In this document: in pieces, positions 12,487 to 24,965 of the stretch
How positions within the stretch are numbered: the stretch's first letter is position 1
Layout of the letters: each line of letters opens with the position of its first letter
Source of the DNA: Cyanidioschyzon merolae
Taxonomy: Eukaryota
Reading direction: 5' to 3' (one strand)
Length of the DNA stretch: 64,000 nt
Assembly: GCA_000091205.1 (NCBI GenBank)
Contig: AP006496.2
The notes under the pieces: model-generated
What the model saw: only the letters and a program-made list of their open reading frames with translations
Databases searched by the model: none
Told to the model about the DNA's origin: nothing
Program-made: the position numbers and the translations under genes

Positions 12487-13239
12487 CACAGAGTTTCTGG
12501 TATGTTGCGAGATCGATGAATACAACCAGGGATCCTGCGGGTGTACGTTGGCTATCGGCAGCCAGGGAAGCGACAACCACCCCACTCTTTACCTTCTGCG
12601 TGCCATGAATCGCTGATCAGGCTTCATTATTTCTGGTATCATATTTGGTTCTAAGGACCTTCAGCGCATAAAGCCTACAGAGGGCGCCTGCTGTGGCTCC
12701 AAAAAAGGACACGCAATCGAACGGGGATGCTCAGCGAATGCATCTGCGGTCGATGGATTGCGGCACCAAGGCAACGGCGACGGATGCGGCGTGGAATCGA
12801 ACGACTCTGCAGGCACATTCCAGTGGCGGTGCGCCTGCGAACCTGCGAACGGACCTGCTGTGTGGACCTGCTCCGTGAACGCAGCTACCAACAATGGGGA
12901 ACGCACAGGTGCCCGGGCATACCCAATTTCCAACTTGCATATCCGAATGCCAAGAAACAGCTCCGCCTTTGTCGTTTGGTGCTACCCCGAGCTTGCACGG
13001 TGATCGAGCTGCACGACAACTCAGACATTTCCCAGTCAAAATCCGAATCGTCCCTATTTCCCGTCAATACGGCACCTCCGACCGGGCGACTAATGTGGCG
13101 TTGTTCATGCCTGCTAGAGTGCCAGCGAGAACGACGCTCGATGTCCCTTCTACTGACAGCAATCATGCATCCTGCGGATTCAGATTCTATGAATTTCTTC
13201 TCTACCGTAAAACGCAGCACCGGCAGAGGCACACGCATC

Positions 13240-13380
13240 ACAGAGCAGAGGCATCGGCATCGGCACCGGCATCGGCATCGGCACAGGCACACGCATCAGA
13301 GGGCATCGGCACAGGCACACGCATCAGAGGGCATCGGCACAGGCACACGCATCAGAGGGCACCGGCATCGGCATCGCGAG
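13240..13380. repeat. (GCATCG)n plus 3 copies of a 29-bp tandem unit 'gcatcggcacaggcacacgcatcagaggg', about 260 bp upstream of the SAM synthetase start
   Basis: Direct read, units starting near 13275, 13304 and 13333. More (CACGCA)n lies at 13435-13455 and (CGA)n at 13540-13575. These repeats generate the spurious His/Arg-rich ORFs 12727-13536 and 12894-13631. Confidence 0.8.
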
Positions 13381-13637
13381 CATCGGCGATCGACGGCGCA
13401 CGAGGGCAGAGCGGCCGCTGCGCGCGCCACTCACACGCACACGCACACGCACATCGTCCATCCAAGAACCGCACGCGTCAGCGCATGCGGACGATGCGGT
13501 GGCGACGGCGGTGCCAGTGTGATGCCTTCAGGTTAGCGCATTGTGGACGACGACAAAGACGACGACGTAGGCGTCGCTTTGATACACTTCAAACAGTTTC
13601 TGAAGCCTCCGATACGCAAATTAGTACTTAGCAAAAA

Positions 13638-14819
13638 ATGACAGCCACCGAGGAGGTTCGTCGCTTTTTCTTCACGTCGGAGTCGGTGAACGAGGGACAC
13701 CCGGACAAGCTCTGTGATCAAGTTTCTGACGCTGTTCTAGACGCCTGCCTGGCACAGGACCCGTTTTCAAAAGTGGCCTGCGAGACAGCAACGAAAACAG
13801 GTTTGATAATGGTTTTTGGGGAGATCTCAACGAAAGCGACTGTCGATTATGAGAAAGTTGTTCGTGAGACGGTTCGGGAGATCGGCTTCGACGACGAAGA
13901 AAAGGGTCTCGACTTTCGCTCTTGCCGGGTGCTGCAGGAGATCCACGAGCAGTCACGCGAAATCGCAGCGAGCGTATACGGAGGTCGGGACACGCTGGAT
14001 ATCGCTGCGGGTGATCAGGGCATCATGTTCGGATACGCTACGAACGAAACGCCAGAGCTGATGCCACTCTCTCACTCTCTAGCGACGAAACTAGGCAAAA
14101 GACTCACGGATGTGCGTAAGCAAGGCATTCTACCGTACATCAGACCTGACGGGAAGACGCAGGTCACAGTAGAGTACGAAAGACGTGGAGGCGCTCTGAA
14201 ACCGCTGCGTGTCGATACGATTGTGATTTCAACGCAACACGCACCGCATACATCGCAGGAGAAGCTCCGAGCGGATTTGCGGGAACACGTCATTCGACCT
14301 GTAGTGCCTGCCGAGTTCCTCGATGATCGAACGAGGTACGTGCTGAACCCGAGTGGGAGTTTCACGGTTGGGGGTCCAGCTGGTGACGCGGGTCTCACCG
14401 GGCGCAAAATTATCATCGATACGTACGGAGGCTGGGGCGGGCACGGAGGAGGTGCCTTTTCCGGAAAAGATCCCTCGAAAGTCGACCGTAGCGCGGCGTA
14501 CATGGCGCGCTGGATGGCCAAATCCGTGGTGGCGGCCGGCCTCGCTGCACGCTGTCTCATTCAGCTCAGTTATTCCATCGGCGTCGCAGAGCCGACGTCC
14601 ATCTTCCTGGACACATACGGGACAGCCAAGCCCGACTGGACCGACGACCAGATCCTGAAAGTTGTCGAGAGGAACTTTGATTGCCGCCCTGGCGCGATCA
14701 TTCGCGAGCTAGATTTACTGAAGCCCAAGTACCGCAAAACCGCTGCATATGGTCACTTTGGCCGTGAGGATGATCCCGACTTTACCTGGGAGATACCGAA
14801 GCGTCTGCAGGTTGACTAG
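13638..14819 (+). CDS. metK: S-adenosylmethionine synthetase (methionine adenosyltransferase)
   Basis: Intact 393-aa single-exon ORF with the hallmark motifs '[19 protein letters not shown]', 'GAGDQG' and 'GGGAFSGKD'. Confidence 0.95.
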   Translation: MTATEEVRRFFFTSESVNEGHPDKLCDQVSDAVLDACLAQDPFSKVACETATKTGLIMVFGEISTKATVDYEKVVRETVREIGFDDEEKGLDFRSCRVLQEIHEQSREIAASVYGGRDTLDIAAGDQGIMFGYATNETPELMPLSHSLATKLGKRLTDVRKQGILPYIRPDGKTQVTVEYERRGGALKPLRVDTIVISTQHAPHTSQEKLRADLREHVIRPVVPAEFLDDRTRYVLNPSGSFTVGGPAGDAGLTGRKIIIDTYGGWGGHGGGAFSGKDPSKVDRSAAYMARWMAKSVVAAGLAARCLIQLSYSIGVAEPTSIFLDTYGTAKPDWTDDQILKVVERNFDCRPGAIIRELDLLKPKYRKTAAYGHFGREDDPDFTWEIPKRLQVD

Positions 14820-15689
14820 ACAAGATTCGGAGGATGGGCGGCTGTTTTCGTCATGTGCGGCAGCTGCACGGCGTTCGCGTCAACTGCAGTTCAGCGCTTC
14901 GTTCATCATGGCGGTGCTGGACGCCAGCCCGCAAAACCAAATGCGCAACAGCACATTTGCTTATAGAGCGAGTACAGTGCTCGCTGCAGACGCGTCATGC
15001 AGTCGCTGCAGCTTCGATTGCAGCGCATGCATCGGACGTGATGAGCCGAGGTTTTTGTAAACGTGCCAGAAAACTTGATATTATCTACACAACGGTGCGT
15101 GAACAGTTCACGATTTTCAAAAAATGATCACATGACTTTGCGCTCCTCTCTGCTTTCATGATGATGTGTTTACGGCGCATTTTTTGAGGTGCGACACTCG
15201 AAGAACGCATATCCATTTGCTGCTGTGTTACAAGCTGGAAACCACCTACGACAGCACAACGCGCTGCAGTCAGTCGCAGCGCAGCTTGGAAGAGGTACAG
15301 AACAGCTGCGTCGGCCGCTTGCCAGTGACGCGGCACCTTCTCTCAAGTAGTTGGTGCCGCCACGCATTGCAGTTCGTGTCTAGATGCTTCGAGAGTTGTC
15401 GCTGCGACCACCTAAGATACTCAACGCCCCGAGATGATGTCGAATTCCCGGTCTCGCGGTTTCGGGTTACAAGTTCACCGTCGCATATACTAAGTCTGCC
15501 TCCAAGCATTCCTAGTCCCGGGAATGGACCAAAATTTTAGGAAAAGACAGGTCCGAGAATGACGGAGTGGAGTACCTGTTGCAACGGAACAGCAATCGCT
15601 TCGCTTCGTATTTTGCGGGCAATTTGCTTGCCGGGAGAGTCATCGGATTCGATATCTTGATCCTATCGTCTTTCAACGCAATTGTGCTC

Positions 15690-16160
15690 AATCCTCAGGT
15701 ACGTGCCATCGAATGCTTTTTTCGCGGTTGTAGCAGACGCGTTCATGTTTAGAAATAAAAAATCCAAGGGAAAGGTACGGACGTGGTTGTCGGGGATCCC
15801 GGAGGGCCGGCATCGTCGGATCCGACGAAAAAACGAAAAAATACTCTCCTCGTCGACCATCGAGCGAAGAAGCGCAAGTGAAGAAGCAGCAGCAGAAGGG
15901 TTGTACGCGAGAACAGGTGCTTGCCCTACGGGACGATGACGAGACTGCTATGGCACAGAGCGCACGGGTTCTAGGTATTCATGCAAAGGTGCGTTCCGCC
16001 AGCGGCAATGCACGTAAGCAGTTTGTCAAACGACACCTCAACGCCGCCATCAATATCAGACGATGGATGGTGCTGAAGACGAGACACGAGGAGCTGATGC
16101 GATCCAACACTTTGTGGAGCAGTCTCTTGTACTCGAAGTGTACACGGTGGAGCTGAAGCC
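15690..16160 (+). mobile_element. TnpB/Fanzor-like remnant, copy C
   Basis: 'RNKKSKGKVRTWLSGIPEGRHRR', then 'RDDDETAMAQSARV...', then 'KRHLNAAINIRRWMVLKTRHEEL'. Same module order as copy D and DNA homologous to copy A. Confidence 0.4.
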
Positions 16161-16779
16161 GTCAACCCGTGGCCGGTCAAAAACTGATGGGAGGCTTCTT
16201 CGCATGGGTATTAGTGTACCAGCTCGAGCCGACACCCTCTGCGGTACAGCAACGCCGATCTATCTCTCGGTGCCACGACAGCACGGGCGCTGTAGGCGCT
16301 ATTGCGAATCCATCAATGCGTGCACTCGGCGCACGAGAGAACGTATGAAACGACCAATATAGCCGAAAAGACTCATGGGTTATGGAAGTTGGATGTTGGT
16401 AGAAAGATGGATGCTTCACCACGCGCTGATACTACGCACATAGTAGGGGAACACTGACAAGTTTTGCCAAACAGAACATGCGTCGAAGCTACGGCAAACC
16501 AGTGCATGGATAAAACAGAACTTTTAGGGCCTTGTATGTATCAAAAGGACATGCCGTGTGGAAGCGTATGCCGCCTCCGCTGCAGCCGCCGGCCCGCCGA
16601 GACTCAACGCGATGCGCAGGCGCGTCAAATACGAACCTGCAGCGTAACGGACGACAGGAGCGTCGGCGCGTTGGGTACACACTACACCCGCCACGGTCTG
16701 GTGTAGCATAGCGCGTGCCTGTGGGTACACTGCCTGAGGTTCGGTTTATGCGCTGAGCACCGACGCTCTATCGCAGTAC

Positions 16780-18738
16780 TTGGATCTCGCCTGGATGGAA
16801 CTGGCAGCGTTTGCTTCGGCAGCAACGGGCACCAGCCCGATACTGGGCGGCAGCGCCTGTGCCCGCGTGCAACAAACGCGAGCGTCATGTGGCACGCTTG
16901 AGGGCCGCTGCGCTCACCCCCGAGCAATATCTGTCAAGGATCAGCGCAGAGATTCCTGGGGGCGCTCGAAATCGATCCTGGCGCCCGCATCAAGCGCGTC
17001 GAAAGGTCTTCCGCTGTGTGGGCGACGCAAGAACAGCGCTCGCAGGTTCACGCTTCGCGCGCAGGGCAGCGGCCGACTCTCGGACATGTTCATCGAATAC
17101 TACGAGCGGAATCGAGTGACGCTGCCAGCAGGCATCGGCAAACAAACGCTGCTGCCTGTATATCGACGGATTTTCGCGGACGACCTCACACCCGTGATGG
17201 CCTATCGACGGCTTGTTCATGATGCCTCCGGAGACCCGAGGCCGTCCTTTCTCTTTGAGTCGGTTGTCGGTGGCGACCAAATCGGACGCTTTTCCTACGT
17301 GGGTTCTTCGCCCTGTATGCAGATCATTGCCTATCAAAACGATATCCAGATTATTGATAGCAGCGAGCACCTGCAGCACAAGTTACACGTCCCGGATCCG
17401 TGGGTATTTATGCGACAGCTGACGGAGCAGATCAAGGTCGCAGAGAAGGGCCCAGTGCCTGAGGCGTTTTGCGGTGGCTGGGTCGGCTTTGGCGGCTACG
17501 ACACGGTGCGCTACTCGGAACCAAAGAAGCTGCCGTTCTCAGCGGCACCGCGGGACGATCGAGGCCTACCTGATTTGCACTTTGCACTGTACCAAGAGGT
17601 GGTCATCTTTGACAATGTAACCAAGACTGTGTACATTGTTGTGTGGGTACCGCTCGAGGATCACCGTTCAATAGAAGCGGCTCGTGCCCACGGGTGGTCT
17701 CGGTCCGAGCAGCTGGTACGTGTACTCACCTGCGCCGAGCGGGATCACCTCTTGTTGCCATCGAGTGAGGTGCTCTTGGATCCAGTCGAGAAACCCGAGC
17801 CCATGCGCAGCAACATGACCAAGGAGCAGTTTTTCCATGCACTCGAACGCATTTCAGAGTATATCTACCTTGGTGATACTTTTCAAACGGTCTTCAGTCA
17901 GCGCTTCGAGAGGGATACGTTCGCCGACCCGTTCCAGGTGTACCGCGCGCTCCGCATTGTGAATCCGTCGCCGTATATGCTCTACATGCGGGCCAGGGAC
18001 TGCATTCTGATCTCATCCTCACCGGAGATCCTCTGCAAGACTCGAGGTCGCAAGGTTTGGAACCGACCTCTGGCTGGCACTCGGCCGCGCGGATCCTCAC
18101 CCGAGGAGGACGCTCGGCTCGAGCAGGAACTGCTTGCGGACGAAAAGGATCGCGCCGAGCATGTGATGCTCGTAGACCTCGGTCGCAATGATGTTGGGCG
18201 GATTGCCGAACTGGGCTCTGTGCAAGTAGAGAAACTATTTGAAATTGAGCGATACAGTCACGTGATGCATATTAGCTCGACGGTGACTGGGAAGTTGCGA
18301 GCCGAGCTGTCCTGTTGGGACGCGCTACGAGCGACGCTTCCGGCAGGAACGATATCAGGAGCACCAAAGATTCGCAGTATGCAAATTATCGACGAGTTGG
18401 AACCGACAAAGCGGGGTCCGTATGGTGGCGGCATTGGCTACGTATCATTCGATGGCAACGAGATGGATGTGGCGCTCGCGCTCCGTACCATGGTGATTCC
18501 CACAGCCATGCGGAGCTCGAATGGTGCCTGGCGGGTCCATATTCAGGCCGGGGCCGGTATTGTTCTGGACTCGAACCCCGAGTCAGAGTATTTGGAAACG
18601 ATTAACAAGGCTGCGGCGCTGGGTCGAGCCATCGACGTTGCAGAGCACGCTTTCGTGCAATCACCGACCGAGCAGATTGCAGAGGACTTGCTGAACAGCT
18701 CACCCGATGCAGCAAGCGTTGCACCGTCGCGGGACTGA
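16780..18738 (+). CDS. trpE: Anthranilate synthase component I (TrpE), with N-terminal extension
   Basis: 'LAGTRPRG', 'MLVDLGRNDVGRI', 'GAPKIRSMQIIDELE' and 'GPYGGGIGYVSFDG' are the chorismate-binding TrpE motifs. The ~150-aa N-terminal extension may be a plastid-targeting peptide. The gene ends in TGA. Confidence 0.9.
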   Translation: MDLAWMELAAFASAATGTSPILGGSACARVQQTRASCGTLEGRCAHPRAISVKDQRRDSWGRSKSILAPASSASKGLPLCGRRKNSARRFTLRAQGSGRLSDMFIEYYERNRVTLPAGIGKQTLLPVYRRIFADDLTPVMAYRRLVHDASGDPRPSFLFESVVGGDQIGRFSYVGSSPCMQIIAYQNDIQIIDSSEHLQHKLHVPDPWVFMRQLTEQIKVAEKGPVPEAFCGGWVGFGGYDTVRYSEPKKLPFSAAPRDDRGLPDLHFALYQEVVIFDNVTKTVYIVVWVPLEDHRSIEAARAHGWSRSEQLVRVLTCAERDHLLLPSSEVLLDPVEKPEPMRSNMTKEQFFHALERISEYIYLGDTFQTVFSQRFERDTFADPFQVYRALRIVNPSPYMLYMRARDCILISSSPEILCKTRGRKVWNRPLAGTRPRGSSPEEDARLEQELLADEKDRAEHVMLVDLGRNDVGRIAELGSVQVEKLFEIERYSHVMHISSTVTGKLRAELSCWDALRATLPAGTISGAPKIRSMQIIDELEPTKRGPYGGGIGYVSFDGNEMDVALALRTMVIPTAMRSSNGAWRVHIQAGAGIVLDSNPESEYLETINKAAALGRAIDVAEHAFVQSPTEQIAEDLLNSSPDAASVAPSRD

Positions 18739-20502
18739 AGGCTGGACGCATCCGCTTCAACAGCTGGGCACGTGTGTGTTTGCGTGTTCGCATATGTTTA
18801 TGTGTTTGCGCATAGTCGGACTCGCAACAGGACGCAGTGCGGCGCGAGTTTCGTCCAGCGATCGAGACGCGAACTCGCATCAACGAGTTCACTGCATGCG
18901 AACGCGTGCTCGGCACTGCGCACCGGAGTCTCACGCAGCGAGGATATGGAGCGGTGCTGCTCAGCGATGAGCGTATGCTAGGGATATCGAGGCGTGCACC
19001 AGGGCTCATTGGTTATGACACAACGACGCCGCTTGTCAGGTTGTGCGCGCATCTGTGACAATTTCTTTACAGGAGGCCCGAGTCGGCCCGCACCAGTCGT
19101 TGTACCAGCCTGAGCGACTCGTCAGCGATCGGAGTGCTGTCACCACAAAAGCAAACCCGGACGGCCTCGTAATATGTGTAGGTTAGATGGGGAGACGTTG
19201 CGACTTGGCGAGCGGCTGCTTGCATCTGTTTCACGGCGATCACAGGGCTGGGGCCGGGGCTCCAGAACCCGCGGATCTCACGATATCGTCACTCCTTGCG
19301 GGTAAAGGATATGCCGGGTGCGTCACTGAACCCATGTGGCGACGCATACGCATGCTGCGTCGCTGCTCGTATGGTCTGGGAGGCCAGCCAGCGCCGCTCG
19401 ATGCCGCAATTGTTCCATGTTGCATTTACCACGCACGACTCTGGGGTCACTGGTTATCTCGGTCGCCAACCGATACATTCTATCTCGATGTCTCGCAAGG
19501 TCTGGATAAACACCGTAAGACAAAGTCGGGCGACCGTTTGCAACGGAACACCATATTCCTCGCACCCGGTGAACGCGGCTACGCGCGCCAACGATCCAGG
19601 GATATGCACCCGTCCACGCCTGAAGCGCTACTGCGTCGCAGGCGTGCCATATATGACCATGGAGACGCTCTACGAGTGCGCTGTGCACCGGTGTCGACGC
19701 GGGCAGGGATCGAGTGCCTCGCTGCAAGGATTCGACATGCGCCGGGAGGCTTTTTGCATTACGTGCGGCACCGTTGCGTGTCTCCAACAGCGTTGACCAT
19801 GCGTATCCCGGGTTGTCGAAGCGCTCGATACCGCCCAGGAAGCGGGATGTATGTTGTGGCGCGCCAGTACGGCATTAGACGCGAGCCCGATCATGACATG
19901 CCGCCATGTTCGCCAAGCTCCAAAGTGCAGCAGCTCAGGTCGTGCGTGGCGCTCTCGATATGACTCCAACCGGTCATCCTCAGGTAAGCTCGGTGCAAGC
20001 AAGTATGCATGCACGTCGTAGAAGCAGATGGATCGTTAGCGCCGTGGTGCAGGAACATCGCGTTTGCGCTGTATTTTGAATAGAGTACGTCGTTGTCTGG
20101 CGGGTACCGTACCTGGAGCAGCGCGTATCAGATGAGATCGGGAAAACAGGAGTATTCGGCTTCCAGTCCCGCTCTGATTCTCCTTATGGTTTGTAATCGA
20201 TAACAGGAGCCCCCCGGGGATCCGCCCCAGATCCGTGATGCTTATCGGCATCCGGGAAATGAACCACCACCATAGACCAGGTTTTCCAAGTTGCACCAAC
20301 CACAAACCAGACTTGACTTGGAATTCAACGTTCGTTCGAGCGAAGCGCTGGGTGCAGTGCTCACCACGTGTACCCGCAACATCGCCGAAAGCGCAGGCTG
20401 CCCTGCTGCGCCTCCGCTGGAGGTCGATCAACATGTCCGATTCCGGGGTGCTGAATGGGCGCGATGCGCTGAACGCCGCTGTGTGACGCATCGGATTCTG
20501 GC

Positions 20503-21642
20503 GTGACGCACATGCAGCGACGACTCCGTAGCCTGCATGCGTGCGCGCTGGTACCCGAGCGTGCCGTAGGGAGCGGCGCTCGCGATGCCTCTCTGGTGCT
20601 CCACACTCCAGTTGCGTGTGAGCGACGTTTGCTTGGATTCCAAGGCGACTTAAAGAGAGCCTCTGGACGGTTTACTCTTTTAGTTGTCTGCTGGTCGCTC
20701 GTTTTTCTCGTGTGTATGCGGCGGGCGTTTCACGAGAGACTCCGTCGCTCCAGGGTTCTCTCTCTGGTGGTGCTCGTTTTGTTTGCAGCATCAGCTCTGA
20801 GCCTTCGCCTTCGGTTCAAGAGGCTATCGCCAGCAGGTTGGAAGGCCGAAATCCATGATCTGCAAAAATGTCCAGAAGGCGGACTATGTCGGCTTCGTAT
20901 CTATGCGATAGCAGTGAAGAACCGGCGAAAAACTATTGAGCGAGCGTTACAGCGAATTCGTGCGAACTACACCATCATTGACGCGGTCTTGACGGACTCT
21001 GAGTTGGTATCATGGTACCACTGGCATATCGTGCCGAGTGAACAGGTACACCTCCACGAGCAAGGTGCTGGCGGATACGTTGCTGGTCCGTGGCAAACTG
21101 TGGTGGCATGTTTTTTGTCGCACCTCAAAGCGTTGAAAACGCTCATAGATGACCCCGATGCAGAGGCAGCTATGATTCTCGAGGACGATGTCGTATTCTT
21201 GCGCGACGTCGAATTGCTTTGGCAGCGAATCAGCGACGCATTCAAACTGCTCAACGACGCTGATGTGGTTCGGCTCTCGTATCTCGATCACGCCAAGCAT
21301 ATCAGCCCGCGAACCCAGGCCGAGTTCCAGCTTAATGGCACTTGGTCGGGTGCCCAAGCGTACATGATATCGAAACAATTCGCGAAATTAGCCGTAGATA
21401 CCGTCGACCATCCCGTGCGTTTTCTTCGAAATCGTTTTCTAAGCATCACGAGCGAACTTGTCTTGAACGCTGATTTTGCGGACACCAAGGTCACCGTCCC
21501 AGTGCATCCGCGCTGCAGGGTATTCGTTTTGCAACCACCAATCGCGATAGAGCGTGTCGATGTGAAAAGCACCATTGGGAATTCTCCGCATTGGCAGGAG
21601 TTTGCTATGTATGGATTCGAGAATTACGCATTGGACATCTGA
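20503..21642 (+). CDS. Glycosyltransferase family 25-like protein (LPS/collagen galactosyltransferase-type fold)
   Basis: 'VACFLSHLKALKTLIDDPDAEAAMILEDDVVFLRDVELLWQRI' resembles the GT25 core (CxxSH ... ilEDDv.f). N-terminal hydrophobic segments suggest a membrane anchor. Confidence 0.45.
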   Translation: MTHMQRRLRSLHACALVPERAVGSGARDASLVLHTPVACERRLLGFQGDLKRASGRFTLLVVCWSLVFLVCMRRAFHERLRRSRVLSLVVLVLFAASALSLRLRFKRLSPAGWKAEIHDLQKCPEGGLCRLRIYAIAVKNRRKTIERALQRIRANYTIIDAVLTDSELVSWYHWHIVPSEQVHLHEQGAGGYVAGPWQTVVACFLSHLKALKTLIDDPDAEAAMILEDDVVFLRDVELLWQRISDAFKLLNDADVVRLSYLDHAKHISPRTQAEFQLNGTWSGAQAYMISKQFAKLAVDTVDHPVRFLRNRFLSITSELVLNADFADTKVTVPVHPRCRVFVLQPPIAIERVDVKSTIGNSPHWQEFAMYGFENYALDI

Positions 21643-22518
21643 GCGGAGCGATGTGCGGACGTTCGCGATCGCACCGTTTTCGAAAATAAGAGGATGATTA
21701 AGGGGCATCTTGCAAGCAGTGACACTGTTCCGTACGCATTTCATAGTTGGTTCCGACGCTAGCTGTACCCTGAAATGACATTCCGGTAACGCTGGTATTG
21801 GTTAATGCCCATTGCAGCGGCGTTACGCGAACGAATGCCATTCAGCTTTCGTCGGTGTCCAGTCACTGCAGATTGGCGCATGGCCTGTTCCCGTCGACCA
21901 TGCAGTCGAAGAAACTGGTGCCCAAGATCCCCGCTCGACTGTGTCGGCCGTCGAGCTGCCCGCCTGCCGAGACTCATACGCGAAGTTCGGCTCGACGGAG
22001 CTGCCTTTGTAATCCTGGAGCAGGCTGGATTGTTTTCTGGGGGCGTTTGCATGGCTAGACTAAATTCTAATGGTGAGCAATCCGGGAATCTGACAAGGAA
22101 AAGTCGACCCCCGTCACCCCGGTGCGGCTGGATACATTCAGATGCCCTCGAGACTGCTCAGCGCTGACACGGATCCATCCATCCATCCATTCGCGTCTTT
22201 CCCAGAACGGTTCAAGGGGCGTTGCGACGCTTTCGCTCAGGGCCAGGACCAGGCACCAGTCCAGCCTCATGAAACGTGATGCAGAGCAGCACCATTCGCC
22301 ACATGGTAGCGCTTGCGGATAGCTGCCGTTTGCACTGGCCTAGCTTGCTGCCGTTCGTGCAAGCGCGTTGCAGGCTCCACGGGGAGTTGTACGTCTGGCT
22401 TTGGCAGAGCGCCGAAGGCATCTTCGCTGTGCAGAACAAGCCGAAAACGTTGCCGTGCAGTGCGCTGCGTCGTATTCGCATTCTAGACAAGATCAGCAAA
22501 ACGAACAATGTTTCACGG

Positions 22519-23750
22519 TCATGGAAGATAAATATATCCAACCATCCGCAGACGCTTCCCAGCCTTTCCCAACCGGCAGCATGCTATTGGTTTTAGTTTC
22601 TCTCTGCACACATCGAGCCTTTGAGGTAGCCCTACGAAGTTTGATTGCGTCAGCGCCGCGGGTCCCGTCTTCAACACCAAGCATCTTCTGGTATGGGTCG
22701 CGGGATTGAAGTCCCACTTCATGATCTCCTTGCGTTTATTGCCTCTGGTTGAGCTCACCGAGGGAGAGCGTGCTCGAGCTCGCACCCTCTGTGCCACCAA
22801 AGTCTCCTCATCATCCCGTTGAGTAAACACCTTTTCTCGCTTATCTCACATCCTCTTCTTCTTCTTCTCGTCATTTGCGCTTCTTCACTTGATGGTCGGC
22901 TAGAAGAGGATTTGATCGATTCTTTTTTTCGGTGAGCCGGCGATGACGGCCCTCCGGGATCCCCGCCTTCCATGTCCATACCCTTCGCTTGGATTTTTTA
23001 TTTCTTGAAAATGAACACATTCCTTTGGAGGCTTCGGCGAGAACCATTCCGGAGGGGTAAGCGCTTGCGGAAGAGAAACGATATGTGCCACGGTATGGCG
23101 CCATGTGCGGAACGCCTCAGCGATTCGCCCAGTGGACCGATTATTACGTTTCACGGTAGAACGCACTCCTTGGATGAAGCTGAACCTCGTAGAGTACGCA
23201 GGAATGAAAAGCAGCTCTACTCCCCGGATAGAATCGGCAACAGCTCGAACGCAAGAGGAATGATCAAATACCACGCTGTCCGATAGGAGGTCGTCGCCAG
23301 ACGTCAGGGAGGAGTCTCCAATGGTTCGGCAAAGTTGACGGTGCTGTTGTATGACGCTCTTCCACTTGAGAAACCGAGGTCGCCGAATGACTCCACCACG
23401 CCAAGAATAGATGGTGATGTCATCCTTCTCTTTGGGTTCGATTTCACATGCAACGGGCTCCCGGCTGCGCGACAACCCAGGTGCACTCCGACCGTTTCGT
23501 CCGAAGCAAGTCTCGTCAACTGAAACAGAAAAACCGATGTGCCTGTGTCTCATTCCGATCCCAAAGTTCCAAGAATGTTGTAGCAGGTACGATGTCGGTG
23601 GAAGATGGCGGTGCTTGAACTTGGACTCTTTCCTTGAGACTGTATCGCGGTGTTTTCAGGGCCAAAATGAACAAGCTGTTGAGAGAAAGAGACGCCCCTG
23701 GAGACTGCCATCGTCGCTTTTTGCTCTTCGTAATGCGTCCAAGAGGTCGT
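22519..23750 (-). mobile_element. TnpB/Fanzor-like element, copy D (760 bp of it near-identical to 29944-30695)
   Basis: Minus-strand order: the 217-aa ORF 'MRHRHIGFSV...VACEIEPKEKD...ELLFIPAYSTRFS' (resembling TnpB 'vdPaYTSq'), then 'RNKKSKRRVWTWKAGIPEGRHRR', then 'RDDEETLVAQ...THTRRCLVLKT'. Body shared with D' and copy A. Confidence 0.45.
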
Positions 23751-24224
23751 CTTCTACCATTGACGGCAAACAGCGTCTGATTATACCTGTTTTTGGCACA
23801 GAGCGCACATAGGCTTCTTTCTGTCGCTGTGGCTTAATCATGTGAGGACTGCGATATGACCGACCTGAGAGAGGAATGCTGTCCTCCTTGCGCTTTTCAT
23901 TAAAGAACACATCCTATGTGCAATGCGTCTACGATCTACAGCATACATTGCATCGTTATTTCGATCTCCTGCTGCACACCACTTCGGGGGTGAAATCATA
24001 CAGAGCTGAAAGACTCCAAAAGGAAAGATTCGCAGCGAGCATCCAGGTCGCACGAGTCGCTTCCAGCAGGCACCTCGGGATAGAACACAAGCGTCCAGTG
24101 GCGGTGAGCCGTGTTCGCAGTCGAGGCACTTCGAGAAGGCGCTTTTCTTTCCAGAAAACGTTGACGGGCTTGGTGTGTGCGAGCGTGCGTGCGTACCACC
24201 TAGGCAGCGAGTCCCAGAGCGTTC

Positions 24225-24965
24225 ATGAGCGTTCAAGCGCAACTTGTTGGCGGGGAGTTTTGGGTCACTGACCCAGTGAGCGCACGACTGTGTTGGCAGT
24301 CGCTCATGGGGTTCGGGAAAGGCAACTTGAGCCGTAGTCGACCTGTGTACGGGGAGCTAGTCCGGGGTGCGGTCGATCACGTCCACTTGGGACGAGCGCT
24401 GCGCAGCCTGGTGCGTGCCGGGCACTTTGCAGCACGGACTGACAAGGAGGACGTGGAGCACCTGCACCTAGCTCCATTCGAAGCAGCCTACCTCGCTTTT
24501 GACGAACAATTTCTGACCGTGAAAGGTTTCGAGAACACCCAGTCACTCTGGACGTACTTCGTATCCCTACCGAAAGAGCACTTGCGACAGTATGCAGTTT
24601 ATCGAGCATATCGGCACGCAGGCTGGGCACCGCATTCCGGATGCAAGTATGGCGCGGACTTTGTACTTTACCGGTTCCGAGCGTCAGAAGGTCGTCATTC
24701 GCACGCACCGTACGCGGTTCTCGTTCGGAGTGCAAACGAGCGCATCCATCAGCGTTGGATTGCCGTCCAGAATCAGCTGAGGCTCACCAAACAAGTGGCT
24801 AAGCGCCTTGTCTACGTGGAGGTGTCCATGAGCACAGCGATGGAGCATCTCCAGCATCGCGAACGCTGGCTCCAGACCGTGTGTCTGCATGAGGTTCTCG
24901 TCGATCGCTGGACGCCATCCATTCGCACTCGTTCGAAAGAGGCAAAACAGCGTGCCGCGAAGTAG
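24225..24965 (+). CDS. tRNA-splicing endonuclease catalytic subunit (Sen2/Sen34-like)
   Basis: 'YRAYRHAGWAPHSGCKYGADFVLYRF...HAPYAVLV' matches the tRNA intron endonuclease catalytic-domain signature (Y..lr..Gw.v..G.kfG.df.lY ... Hs.y.v.v). Confidence 0.6.
   Translation: MSVQAQLVGGEFWVTDPVSARLCWQSLMGFGKGNLSRSRPVYGELVRGAVDHVHLGRALRSLVRAGHFAARTDKEDVEHLHLAPFEAAYLAFDEQFLTVKGFENTQSLWTYFVSLPKEHLRQYAVYRAYRHAGWAPHSGCKYGADFVLYRFRASEGRHSHAPYAVLVRSANERIHQRWIAVQNQLRLTKQVAKRLVYVEVSMSTAMEHLQHRERWLQTVCLHEVLVDRWTPSIRTRSKEAKQRAAK

Noticed and set aside
12727-13631. Long ORFs (269 and 245 aa) rich in His, Arg and Thr ('HRHRHRHRHTHQRA...')
   Set aside because: They are translations of the (GCATCG)n and (CACGCA)n microsatellites and the 29-bp tandem repeats. 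Composition is low-complexity with no domain signal.
19187-19963. 258-aa ORF and the many overlapping 60-170-aa ORFs on both strands throughout the window
   Set aside because: High GC content produces long spurious antisense ORFs. None shows a domain signature, and many overlap confident genes on the opposite strand.
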